Below are positions 40,119 through 56,397 of a stretch of DNA of 64,000 nucleotides, piece after piece. The stretch comes from Eledone cirrhosa. Its lineage: Eukaryota. The position numbers and the translations under genes are program-made. Every line of letters starts with the position of its first letter. Position 1 is the stretch's first letter. The notes beneath the pieces were generated by a model, which had not been told where the DNA came from, made no database searches, and was given only the letters and a program-made list of their open reading frames with translations. The stretch covers positions 26,474,001 to 26,538,000 of the forward strand of contig OZ024754.1 of the NCBI GenBank assembly GCA_964016885.1, given 5' to 3'.

Positions 40119-40394
40119 TGTAGCACTCCTCAATTCCCCTCTCTCTCCCTCCCGCTATCCCCCTCTTGTAGTCTGTACGCATGCGCAAAAAACATTCGCA
40201 CGCGCGCACGTGTTTCCACTGTCGGTTATATATTATAAGGAGATATATAAAAATCAGGATTGAGCGAGTTTGGAATTAGTTAGAGTACTCGATACTTGAA
40301 GGAGTAGTGTATGGTAATATATGTCTTAATTCTACTGACATGGCTATAAAATTGAGGCTTGTTTGCATAATTGCAAACGAATCGAATGTTATTT

Positions 40395-40470
40395 ACGGGG
40401 TCGATAAAATAAAGTACCAGTAATGTACTGGGTTATTGCTGGCCTTGTGCCAAAAGTAGAAACAATTATT
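40395..40470 (+). mobile_element. MetaSINE-like SINE, 3' fragment
   Basis: cggggtcgataaaataaagtaccag...gtgccaaaagtagaaacaattatt. Confidence 0.75.
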
Positions 40471-40797
40471 AATATTCGAAAAACTCAGATTACATTTATT
40501 ATATATATATGTATATATATATATAAATAAGACACACGTGCATGCCCCACGTGTAACTATTGCATACACTAACTACTTCAAACTATCCTCTTGCATTATC
40601 TTCGTAAACTGCCGATGTATTTTAACTTTAACTTTGTTTTAATTTTCTTTTAATATGATTTTAATTTTTGAATGTAAATTGTCATGCTAAAATATTATAA
40701 TGGATGTCACCCCACTGTGCATCGATATATACATATGTTTCTGGATGTCTCTTGTGTTGGAAAGGAGGTCAAGTATGTAAACAATCATTGAAAAATT

Positions 40798-40842
40798 GCT
40801 CCGAAGAACACAAACCTCGGTTTGGATGAAACAATTGTAAGC
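40798..40842 (+). ncRNA. Minimal type I hammerhead (CCGAAGA core)
   Basis: gct CCGAAGA acacaaacctcggtttggat GAAA caattg TA agc. Confidence 0.6.
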
Positions 40843-40910
40843 TAATAAGTGGTTTGAAAAGAAATTTGATTCATGTGATTTCTATATAAATATATATATG
40901 TTTGTATATA

Positions 40911-44423
<3,513 letters not shown>

Positions 44424-44971
44424 ATATGGCTAAGTAGTGAGCCTTGTTACTCAGGAGTTTTACCTGCGCACTGACAGAATTATCAGACAAGACTTATCTG
44501 ATAATCCTGCGAGTAGAAGAATGGTATCCAATTATATTCAATCCAGAACCACTTGGTTACCATGTGAACTTCTGAACCACATAGCTACATCTGGGTCTAT
44601 TGGTTGCTCTTGTTGATGTTGCTGTTCTTGTTGTTTTTGTTGTTTTTGTTGTTCTTGTTGGTTGTACTTGGTTGATGAAAAGCATATTAATTTTTAACAA
44701 GTAACACCAAGAAACTGCATTCATTTATAATAAATCGAAGATAGTAAGTCGAAGGACTACTTCATAGGGGAATTTATTGAATGTTAAAACTGGTCGATAT
44801 TTTTTAACGATAATTGTTCGAGAATTCAGGTGTTTTGCCTTTAACTGTCCTTCTTCTTCTTCTTCTTCTTCTTCTTCTTCTTCTTCTTCTTCTTCTTCTT
44901 CTTCTTCTTCTTCTTCTTCTTCTTCTTCTTCTTCTTCTTCTTCTTCTTCTTCTTCTTCTTCTTCTTCTTCT

Positions 44972-45004
<33 letters not shown>

Positions 45005-45357
45005 GCACATACTTTATTTTAAAAATAAAATTTAAATCGGTATTTCTACATAATTTTCGCCTTCTTTTTCAGTATATCTTTATCTTTCTGCTAATCTATT
45101 GCTTCCAGTTCAGGTTTTTACTTTAGTCACCGTCACCAGAAAAGTTTTTGTAGTGATATATGAACAGTAAAATATAAAAAGTAAAATAAAATAAGGAATT
45201 TTTTTCTTATATATACATAAAGACGAAATATTATTTCATTCATGAGAAAAACGAAGAGTTAAAAAGTTACCAAGTTCATGTATTTTCTATGAATTACAAA
45301 CGACGCCAGGTTAAGTTTAGAATAGGGAATCACGGTATATGTAGCAAAAATAATATA

Positions 45358-45485
45358 ATAGGCGGAGGAAAAGCTGTCTGGTTAAGGAGATCGGTTCTTT
45401 AAGCAAATGTCTTTTACAGTAGACTTGCGGTAATACAATGATTTGTGAGTGAAATTTAAGAGGCAGAACCTGCAGAAGCCTGCCA
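45358..45485 (+). mobile_element. Degenerate tRNA-derived (CORE-type) SINE followed by (CA)n
   Basis: A-box-like gctgtctggttaag; aagcaaatgtcttttacagtag; ttgtgagtgaaattt...gaagcc. Confidence 0.5.
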
Positions 45486-45510
45486 TACACACACGCGCGC
45501 ATACACACAC

Positions 45511-45603
<93 letters not shown>

Positions 45604-45645
45604 ATGTATGTATGAAATGTTGGAAGAAATGCCTTGAAAACGATA

Positions 45646-45701
45646 AACATATCTGAGGACCTGCCTTGAGCTGATCGTCGGAGAAACATATGTAATATGT
45701 T
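45646..45701 (+). ncRNA. Type I hammerhead ribozyme
   Basis: aacatat CTGAGGA cctg...cgga GAAA catatg TA atatgtt; 7-bp stem I and palindromic stem III. Confidence 0.7.
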
Positions 45702-45750
45702 AATAAATTGTGTTTTGATGCACCACTGATTCCTCGTTATCTATAATAAT

Positions 45751-46082
45751 TGTTTCTACTTTTGGCACAAAGCCAGCAATTATTCCAGTGCATTACTGGT
45801 ACTTTATTTCATCGACCCCGTAAGGATGAAAGGCAAAGTTAACCTTGGCGGGATTTGAACTCCGAATGGCAAGGGCCGTAACTCTATGCGTCAAAGCATG
45901 ACGTCCGACTTTCTACCGATGCTGCCAGTCCACCGTTATTGGCAGTATTGGTAGAGGTCCCTTTACGATCTGAGTTCAAATCCCGCCGAGGTTAACTTTG
46001 CCTTTCATCCTTTCGGGGTCGATAAAATAAAGTACCAGTAATATACTGGATAATTGCTGGCCTTGTGCCAAAAGTAGAAACA
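45751..46082. mobile_element. Head-to-head pair of MetaSINE-like SINEs (45751-45935 -, 45937-46082 +) inside one 15-bp TSD
   Basis: gttatctataataat at 45736-45750 and 46083-46097. Confidence 0.8.
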
Positions 46083-46168
46083 GTTATCTATAATAATATA
46101 CTCTGCTCCGCGTGAGCATCGAGTGCTCAAACGGCATACCGCCTACGGACGCATTTACCTGCAACCTT

Positions 46169-46204
<36 letters not shown>

Positions 46205-46648
46205 GCATAACTAAAAGTTTGTAGATAGCAGCTGTTTTAGGTTATGTAACTGTTATAGAAACACGTGTCAATAAATTCCTTTCAACTAAACTGTATCCAT
46301 TCAAATCTTTCTATTTTTCTCCGGATTACTTTTGGAACTACAACTGGAACCGTCGAGCAAACTCTACGTGAGCTGATAATCTACTGTGTGTAATATTTAT
46401 ATTACAACACAACGGAAAATACTGTATATATATATATATATATATATAATTAATACAATAACAGAGATAGTTTAAAGCTAATCTCTGACTGGTAACCATC
46501 TCACTCAACAAACATTAGGTTATATTTTAATATAAACCCAATTTAAGTGTTTGGGGTGCTAACAATATGTATTATGTGGAAAAGCCAGTTGTATTATTTT
46601 ATGAGATATAATTAAAGTTAAAATATATCTCTCTTTCCAAACAATTGT

Positions 46649-46702
<54 letters not shown>

Positions 46703-46718
46703 CATACATATATTATAC

Positions 46719-46874
<156 letters not shown>

Positions 46875-47104
46875 TGGTGGTCAAAGATCTATCCAGTTCA
46901 TTTGTCTACCAGCATATCAGGAAACAATTATACATTTTCTATGTATTTTGTCTGAGGAGAACATATTTTGCTTTATGTTATACATAAAACTTTGCATCTC
47001 TGAAATATATATAATGAAATAAATAGAGATGATATAAAGTGTATATCTTTCGTTTATTACTAATATTATTATATATATACATACATATATATGTATGTAT
47101 ATAT

Positions 47105-47490
47105 ACAGAGTGTGATCTTCTCCTATATACAAAGGTCAATGTTTACCAAACTGCCTGTGTCTCAACTCTGCTATATTGGAGGATCCTGGAGACAGAGTCT
47201 TCAACACTCTTTTCAGCCAGTCATGTAAGAAGCAACCGTCTTCAATTGATCCGACTGGATCCTCCAGAGAGGACTGTTGTGCTTTATGGTAAATTAACTG
47301 AGGGTTTTCGTCGAAGTAATGGCCCTAAGAAGCTTTGGAAAAAACGAACTGAAACAACTGGCCACTGAGCGTGTATTTCCTGTCAAGGATCTTGTGGAGA
47401 GGAGGTTGAAAGAAAGTTTATATGATGACGTGTAAAAGTTCGAAGCTGAACGCACTAGGCAACAGGATAATGGAAGGACAAGCAGGTACC
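47105..47490 (+). mobile_element. Highly degenerate RTE-clade LINE fragment
   Basis: TKVNVYQTACVSTLLY and VLYGKL..G.RR..GPKK.WK resemble the RTE ORF C-terminus. Confidence 0.55.
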
Positions 47491-47717
47491 ATTGTTAAAT
47501 TCGATCACCCATATTAACAATGTATTTGAATTTCGTATTTCTAAATAAATTCGGTATGTTTATAAATAAACATTTAGAAAGCCATAACTATGAAAAACAC
47601 TGGCAGCTAACGCCACACAGCGGTGTCCGGCAGAAATTAATCACCTCAATTACACAGAAAAAAAAAGTAATTATTTTCGCCTGTTTTCAAAGTCCAGCAG
47701 TTTCAAGAGCGGGAGAG

Positions 47718-47761
47718 ATCGTCCTGACGAGAACCAGTTGAGTTCGAAATGCATTGACGAT
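47718..47761 (+). ncRNA. Minimal type I hammerhead ribozyme, canonical core
   Basis: atcgtc CTGACGA gaac cagttga gttc GAAA tgca TT gacgat. Confidence 0.88.
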
Positions 47762-48057
47762 TGTCCCCCTTGCTTCTGTCGGAAACCGCTGGGTGGCGTT
47801 AGCTGCCAGTGTTTTTCACAGCTATGGCTTTCTAAATGTTTATTTATAAACATACTGTATTTCTTTAGAAATACGAAATTCAAATACATATTTGTTTACA
47901 GCTATATTCGAAGCTAAATCCTAATTCTATTCTATTATAAGTTGAGCCAACTTATACAGCTTCATATGCAAATGAGATTAATCATCTCATTTACACAGAC
48001 GAAAAACTATATATTTTCGCCTGTTTTCAAAGTCCAGCAATTGCAAAAGCAGGAGAG

Positions 48058-48101
48058 ATCGTCCTGACGAGAACCAGTTGAGTTCGAAATGCATCGACGA
48101 T
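48058..48101 (+). ncRNA. Minimal type I hammerhead ribozyme, canonical core
   Basis: atcgtc CTGACGA gaac cagttga gttc GAAA tgca TC gacgat. Confidence 0.9.
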
Positions 48102-48199
48102 TGTCCCCCTTGCTTCTGTCGGAAACCGCTGGGTGGCGTTAGCTGCCAGTGTTTTTCATAGCTATGGCTCTCTAAATGTTTATTTATAAACATTTATAT

Positions 48200-51100
48200 A
48201 TACGAAAGATGGCTCAATTCGACTCCACTAATTCTTCCCCGCAAACTACAGATAAAACCCATTACAGATGAACCCAAGACACAAAGACGGCTTAGGGAAA
48301 GAATGGCACTGGAAAAAATGAAGACAGAAATTAAACTTCTAAAATTGAGGGCTCAGACAAATGAGGATAAAATAAAATCCATCGATGAAGAGATCAACCA
48401 AGAAATTAAGAAAAAGACTCAATGCCCCAACATAGAGAAGATCTCAAAACTTTGGAAAGAGGATTGCAACAAAGAGGAACTGAAATCCCTTCAACGCTGG
48501 GGAAAAAGCGCAACTTGGTTTTTAAACTATGGAACAATCTTTCAAATAGAATACGCTTCCAACAACCCGTTCATAAATATTAAAAAATCTAAACACCACT
48601 CAGACACAGGTCCACAACCAACAAAAAAACAAAACAAAACAAAACAACACAACCTTCTCCCCTACCAAAAAAAGAAGGCAATACTTAACCCTTTCCTCTT
48701 AACCAAACCGCACAGTAACTACGCAGATACCCCAGCAACTTACAAAGAAATAAGAGATCATCATCCCCAGGATGGACATTACAACTTCCCTTCCATAAGG
48801 AGATACAAGGAAATTTTCATTCTTACAACCCCCTCAACTACCATTCACAACAAACCCATACCACACGATATATTCAACAACGAAGGGTCCCTAAATACCA
48901 CAACCACACATCACATATAAGGAAACAAACCACACACTAAATATAGAGACGCCTTAATCAAGTCACAACCACGAACCCGAACCTTTAATGACAACAACAG
49001 GGAACAACACAACCACGGGAGACAACCCAGCATCAGCAACCGGTACAACTACCATAACCATTTTTTTAGACCTAGTACACAGACACAGGGAAACGAGATG
49101 ACACAAGACATATAGAAGAGACTAAAAGTAATAAAAGACATACATTTAGCCAGTAAAGAACTAACAACAAACCAAATCAACATACTCTTCAAAGGGCTGA
49201 AATTTACACTGACCCCCCCCCCCCCCAACGTCCGAGCTACTACGAAATGAAGGAAGACATTGCATAATTCTGTAAAAATATTACAGCTTAGCGAGGAACT
49301 ACACGACCAGTACAATGAGGACGAATCATTAGCTAGAAATAGAAGCAACTATACCCCATCAAAGGGTAAGAATAAAATTCTTGACCAACTCTGCTAACAC
49401 ATTACAAATTACCCATATAAACACATACACAGACAAAAACACAGGCCAAACTTCAGCAAGAAAGAATGGGATGAGCTGAACAGATTAAAGAATGATAAAA
49501 TTATAACAATCAAAGAGGCGGATAAAGGGAGTGCGGTAGTCCTAATGGAGACAGAATATTATACAACCCTAGTGCTGTCCACTTTATAAGACGAAACATA
49601 CTACGAAAAGGCTCAACACAACAGTCAACAGAAAATAAGGAGAAACCTAAAAACACTGATAAACCTTTACAGAGAAGGACTTACCGACAAGGAATACAAC
49701 TTTATCACTGACTTCAAAAGTAAATCCAACCTTTTTTACGGTAACCGTAAGATATACAAAAGCGAAAGAATAAGTAAGGCATGCAAGGGAGACACAGATA
49801 TCTTCATCAATGTCCCCTCAGCTAATGACCTCAAATTAAGGCCTTTAATAGCAGGCCCCGCTTGCGAAACTCACCGCCTCAGCAACTTCCTTGATATCCG
49901 ATTAAAACCATCCCTGAAACACATTAAAAGCTACATAAGGGACCACCTTGATATGCTCAACCACCTGCCAAAACTATTAATAATAAACATACTCTACTAG
50001 TGTCTTTTGATGTAGTCAACCTATATTCCAATATCTCACACAACCTAGGAATAGAGGCAATGCAATTCTGGCTAGAAAATTACCCCCAATGAACTCCTAC
50101 ACCGCATCATAAAAGAATTCGTAATAGAAGGGCTCACATTTGTCTTGGAGCATAACTACTTCATATTCAATGACAAATTCTAGATACAGAAATCTGGGAC
50201 TGCCATGGGCACGAAAACGGCCTTCTCTTATGCTAACATGGTTATGGGTACCTGGAAATCATCCTCTACCGAAAAGTACTAGAGAAATACGGAAACTTCT
50301 TCTACCTCCACATAGAAAATAACTGGAAGAGGTATCTCGATGATTGTTTCATCCTCTGGCATGAAAGTATGGAAAGACTTATTGAATTTAAAGCACTTCT
50401 AAATGGACTTAACACAAACATTCAATTCACGATGGAATACAGCCATGAGCAACTTCCTTTCCTCGGCATCCTTTTAAAGAAAACTAACAACAAAATAGAA
50501 TCAGACATATACTATAAGCCCACAGACTCCAAAAATATCTTCCATTCAACTCATGCCACCCGAGACACACTAAAATGAATATCCCTTACAAGGATTTGTA
50601 CAATAGTTCCTGATAGAAACACCTGTTACATACGACTACAAGAACTAAAGGACACACTCATTAGCATCAATTACCCATCATCCCTAATTAACAATGGACT
50701 CCAACGTGCCCTAGAAGGCAGTATCCAGGATCTTAGACACCCCAAACTAAAGAATGAATCGAAACTGAAAGCCCTACCATACATCTCCACATACAACCCC
50801 CTTAACAATGAGGCCTTCAACGCCATCCTCCAGAACATACCTTTACTAAAAAGTGATCAAAGAATGAATCAAATCCTTCAAACGCACAACACCATAAAGA
50901 GGAAAAGACAACCCAAATCAATGAAAAACATCCTTACACAGGCCAAAGTCCAGCCGACCTTAACAATGAACCCTATAGTAGAAAAATGGAAGACCCAACT
51001 GTGGTATATGTATCAACCTAATAGAGGGATCAATGTTCTGTTTCAAACAAGGGCAGCACTTTAAGGTGAAATTCAATATCACATGCGCATCAGAAAACCT

Positions 51101-51560
51101 GATACATGTGTTAACTTGCTCAGGCTGTCGAGAGCAGTACATAGGACAGACTAAAAACAGTCTTTGTCAACGTATGACCGTTAATAGATCCCAAATTAAA
51201 ATACGGGAATGCAGAAAAATAGCAGAGTGAACACATTTCCACCTCCACCTCTAATGAACAACCCAATTTCAGAATGTTTCCCCTCTACAAATTTAAAGAC
51301 AACGCTACCAACATTCAACGCATTAACAACAAATCACAATTTATCACTAAATACGAACCCCTTTTAAATGCATCCACCACAGACGAAACTGCAACGAGCA
51401 CCCAACATTAATACCAATGGACAAATTAAGGAAGATAGATACCTTTAGAAACAATCCCACTTCAGACCAATTTTTAACACCAATGGACAAATTAAGAATG
51501 CCAGTATTACTTACAGAAATACTAAGAAAGATAGATACATTTAGAAACAATTACTCCTTC
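48200..51560 (+). mobile_element. Degenerate near full-length Penelope-like element (Neptune-like)
   Basis: Broken ORF: ITIKEADKGSAVVLM, LRPLIAGP, SFDVVNLY, GTAMGT, WKRYLDDCF, YYKPTD; GIY-YIG ITCASENLIHVLTCSGCREQYIGQT. Confidence 0.88.
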
Positions 51561-52192
51561 AGTCAACTTTAAGGTCACTGAACCATTTAGGTCAGTCCCC
51601 TTTACTACTATTATAATACTATTTCTACTACACCTCCCCACGCCCGCTTCTGTTTCGCCCACTCCTTCTTCGTCTTTCCCTTCTTCTTCTTCTTCTTCTT
51701 CTTCTTCTTCTTCTTCTTCTTCTTCTTCTTCTTCTTCTCCTCCTCCTCCTCCCCCCCTCCTCCTCCTCCTCCTCCCCCTCTTCCCCCTCTACTACTACAA
51801 CTACGACCACTACGACTGCTGCAGTTATAGTCAACACCACCAAGAAGGAGCGAAAGAGAGAAAGCGATAAACAAAAATGTGAACTTTTCTAAATATATAT
51901 GTATGTAAACCATGTTATTTCATACCCTATTCTTATTAATAGTCAATTTTCTTATAAATGTTATTAAACACTTCCGTAGCATGAGGCACCCCACGTGGCT
52001 GAAACCGGTACAATAAATTTCTTTTCTTTGTAAATAAATGTTTTGCTGTTATTCTATGAGAAAATACCATTAGCATTTTCTGCTCATTTTTCTTTTTTAC
52101 TAGTTGAAGTTCGCCGCTATCCAGCGAACTTCAACCGTTAAGGTTGTCTTTTTTCCGGGTATGTCAATATTTATTTATAAAACAAATCTGTA

Positions 52193-52260
52193 TTATTTTA
52201 TCTGATGAAAGCGCACCATAATTTGCCTTGGTTGCACTTGAAATATATATAATAAAATAA
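52193..52260 (+). ncRNA. Type I hammerhead ribozyme, canonical core
   Basis: ttattttat CTGATGA aagcgcacca..tggttgcactt GAAA tatata TA ataaaataa; 9-bp stem I. Confidence 0.82.
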
Positions 52261-52297
52261 TTATGGTTTTATAAATATAGTTTCCATTTATTAATAT

Positions 52298-52360
<63 letters not shown>

Positions 52361-52488
52361 ATAATATTTATAGTTATGTATATACTATAAACAACTATAA
52401 ACAGGAAAGGTCAGTAATTTCCTACTACCTTATTACCAGTAAGAGAAATAGCTCAATGTAAGAATGTATATATATATATATATATATA

Positions 52489-53102
52489 TATTGTTATACT
52501 TGGGGAGAGTCATATTTGCGTAATATTGCCAGAATTAATAACAGAACACACTCACTGTTTGGTTGGTTTTCGCTTCTCGCTGTCTTTTATTATATCTGCG
52601 ATCTAACTTACTCGGTCCTCAATGTTGCCATTGACTGACCGGCGGTCAAAAATAATACAGATACAATATAGACACAAACATATATATAGTTTACATAATT
52701 TACATAAATCTTTCGTTGCACATCTGCAACATCGTCAGTGGTGTTATATTCATTGTTCCTCCTGTTGTGTTGTATGTCTACGCCATTTTTTTTTATTCAG
52801 TCTGTCTATATATTTATTTATTTATTTGCTTGTTTGTTTATCTTATTTTATTTTGTCTTCTTTGCGCATGCGTTTGCGTGTGTGTATAGTGTTATGTGTG
52901 ATGTGTGACTAGTGTGTATAGTGTTGTGTCTGCTGGGTGACTAGTGTGTGTTTATGTGCTTGTTGTTATTGTGCTTGTGTATGTATTTATTTATCTTATT
53001 TTATTTAATTTTATTAATTCTGGCAATATTACGCAAATATGACCCTCCCCAAGTATAACAATATCTGTTTCGACACACGATTTCATATAAAAAACCTCGC
53101 AA

Positions 53103-53106
<4 letters not shown>
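52489..53106. mobile_element. Fold-back element (arms 52489-52540 / 53011-53062) with tail; related fragments at 53835-53970 and 54260-54310
   Basis: 52-bp inverted arms; the left arm is flush with (TA)n and the right arm is followed by a 44-bp tail then (TA)n. Confidence 0.7.
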
Positions 53107-53158
<52 letters not shown>

Positions 53159-53482
53159 GTGGGTATGTGTACATTTGTGTATGTATGTGTGTATATAAAT
53201 GTGTGTATACGTGTATGTGAGTACATGTGTATAAACATATCTGTATGTCTGAGAATCAGATAGCTAGATAGCTAGAGAAAGAGAGAGGGGAGTAGGGGGT
53301 AGGGGGAAAAGTGGAAAGTATAATTTAATTATAATTTTCCTACTACAACCCACATATTCAGTCTCCATTTATTATTTAGTCGCCTCGAACTGTGTTACAC
53401 AAAACACACACAACCCCCCCTCCCCACATACACATACTTAAATACGTAACTGCATATACACACACGTATTTATATATACATG

Positions 53483-53554
<72 letters not shown>

Positions 53555-53649
53555 GATCGATCGACTTTCGTCAAATCGGACCGAGGAAACAATGTTTCCG
53601 TTGGTCTTTCCAGTTCTAGTACTATCTATCAGTCGCAGCTCCATGTAGA

Positions 53650-53768
53650 AGGAGCAGCGTGAAATAAAGTGTCTTGCTCAAGAACATAACGCATCGCCCG
53701 GTCCATGAATCGAACTCACAACCTCAATATTGTGAATCCAATTCTCTAACCACCCAGCCACACGCCTT
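53650..53768 (-). mobile_element. tRNA-derived CORE-type SINE 5' part
   Basis: The reverse strand has A-box-like tggctgggtggttagag, B-box gagttcgattc and ttcttgagcaagacacttta. Confidence 0.7.
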
Positions 53769-54345
53769 ATATATATATATATATATGCATCTTTTATATC
53801 TCCATAGTTAATTCATTTGGCCATCAGTGTTTATCACTGACTGACCAACGGTCAAAAATACAGATATAAATTCATATATATAGTCTAAAAAAGTTCTTTC
53901 GTTGCACATCTGCAACATCACCAGTGGTACTATTATGTTTCCTCCTGTTGTATTGTATGTCTACGCCAAAATATACATATAAATATATATACATATTTAT
54001 ATATATATATATATATGTATATATACACATATACATATATATTTGTGTGTTGTGTGAACACAAAAACAAAATAATAAAAAAGATGGTGTAGGATAGAACA
54101 AAGGAGAGACACACAAAATAAAAACCTAGTCACTGAATGTGTGATGAAAGAGCTTCGACAATATATAAACAACCTTCCGGTTATCGAACCAACCAACCAA
54201 ACAACCAACCGGAAATTTATAATAAATTGAAGTGAAAACCAACAGTTGCGTGTGTTTGTATTGGCAACATGACCCTCCCAAAGTATAACAATATCTGTTT
54301 CAACACACGTCTTGCAAAACAAATTCAAAAACGAATTACACACAC

Positions 54346-54429
<84 letters not shown>

Positions 54430-54812
54430 ACCTATTTGACAATGCATTTAACCCTGATGAACATCAAGAATTTCAGTTGATTTAGGAAGCTAGTATAACA
54501 GTTAAATTGTCTGCCATTCTCAAGGGATGCAAACGACGGCTCAACTCGTGGTTTGTAAATTGTGTCCCATGGCAAGTATCAACTAATAAAACCGTTATTA
54601 ATGAAATTGTCGCAACACGTAAACGATTTCTATATACTTTCTTTGGTTCTTTTTACTTGTTCCATTCATTATGTTAGGGTACTGGCTTCTTTTAGTGGAT
54701 CATATCGGCGCCATTACTGATTTTGTTTTAATGTCTGGCAGTTGTTTTATTGATCGATGTCTTGTCGGCTGGCTAAGTTGCGTGACATAAACATAGGCGC
54801 AAACTTAAACGT

Positions 54813-54959
<147 letters not shown>

Positions 54960-55188
54960 GTATATAGTATATATGGGATAACAAGTTATTGTTTTAGGTA
55001 ATCCAGTTAGAGGTTGTGTATACTCTGTACTATGGAGAGTTTTAACGTACGGCGTTGTTTGACTCAACAAAGGGCTTCCTTAGTTAGGTAGCGAGTTTGC
55101 GAGAATTCCCATGCAGGTTATTCTTGGAGTAATAGTAGTGAAAGTGTGAAGAATAACATGGTCAGCTTTATAAAAAGGGTTTTATTTA

Positions 55189-55303
55189 CAGTATTAACAA
55201 TTGTTTCATTGATCAGGTGAGTCTAAAGGCCGCCGATCACCCCAAATTGCGTCACTCGACATTAAATACAGTGTGCGTCTCTGATTAAATCATCGGAATA
55301 CTG
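55189..55303 (-). ncRNA. Type I hammerhead (CCGAUGA core, long stem II insertion)
   Basis: Reverse strand: cagtatt CCGATGA tttaatcag...ctgatcaat GAAA caattg TT aatactg. Confidence 0.7.
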
Positions 55304-56080
55304 GAGTGTGTAACACATGGCACTGGTATATATAAAAATATGATATAACCTTGGACTTATTTTCAATGTAATATTTGCTCTATGAGTGTACTGAAACATT
55401 TAAAAGAAGGAGCTCATACAATCAAATCTTTATGTAGCCTTCTGAGTAGTTTACTGTAATAAATCTCATATTTTGAGCTGTTCTCGTATTTGAAAACGAC
55501 TTATAACATACAACATATAACATACAACATCCACGCTAGGTTTCTGTAAATCCGAGATCGACTAATTCCGCTTGCATGGGTCTGCAAGTTAATGGCCTTT
55601 GACGACACAATAAAGGATTTACTTCGTCAACAAGTTTTGCGTTCTATAGCCTCGACAGGTGTGTTTTCTAGCAGTAATTTTCGCTAGAGACACGTGGTTT
55701 TCCCAAAGGGAGGTAACCCCCGTTTTGGCGGTCAATTCGAAATTTGGGACAAAGGAATGAAATTCCCTTAGACAAACCGAATTAAGCACTCAACCAGAAG
55801 TTATCAAACAAACATAAACAATTAATCAATCAATAGAATTGTCTAATTAAATTAATCAGTTAATCGTTAATTCTAGGAGTTAAAAATACAAATTTTAGTA
55901 CAGCATTAACGAAGCTTTTGGCTGCGGCCAAGCTAACGAATGCAGATTCGGAATGCAGCTTAGAACTCGATGGAGAATAATACCACAGAGTAATAACAAT
56001 ACGTTTAGACAGCTTTGCAAATCAAATATAGCGAGCGACAGTCCAGCCGCATTGATACACACACACGCACAATTATATAT

Positions 56081-56303
56081 GAGGAATAAATTTAATTGTT
56101 TGAAATTTGACAATGCGTGTGGGATTATAAGTGCCATTGTAATAAGATTAGATATTTGGGATCATTAAAATTTTTAAGGTAAAATTCTACCGTCCTCACT
56201 CTTTTTCTCAGTTCTTTTGTCCTATTTTCTCTAAATCTTATTACCTTGGCACTTATAATCTCACACGCATTGTCAAGCTTCCAAATAATTAAACTTATTT
56301 CTT
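56081..56303. repeat. Degenerate inverted repeat (arms ~56081-56150 / 56235-56303)
   Basis: ttgacaatgcgtgtgggattataagtgcca vs tggcacttataatctcacacgcattgtcaa. Confidence 0.7.
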
Positions 56304-56353
56304 AAGTATATTTGTATTTCTTATTCCACAATGATTTAAGAAAACTACAACAC

Positions 56354-56393
<40 letters not shown>

Positions 56394-56397
<4 letters not shown>

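Larger units (their letters stand above)
47520..48192 (+). mobile_element. Retrozyme-like element: 1.6 tandem copies of a ~340-bp unit plus a 116-bp inverted 5' arm
   Basis: 47636-47852 repeats at 47977-48192; 47520-47635 is the reverse complement of 47774-47889; two intact hammerheads 340 bp apart. Confidence 0.8.

Noticed and set aside
54448-54506. aacc CTGATGA...ggaagctagt candidate
   Set aside because: GAAA and stem III are not intact.
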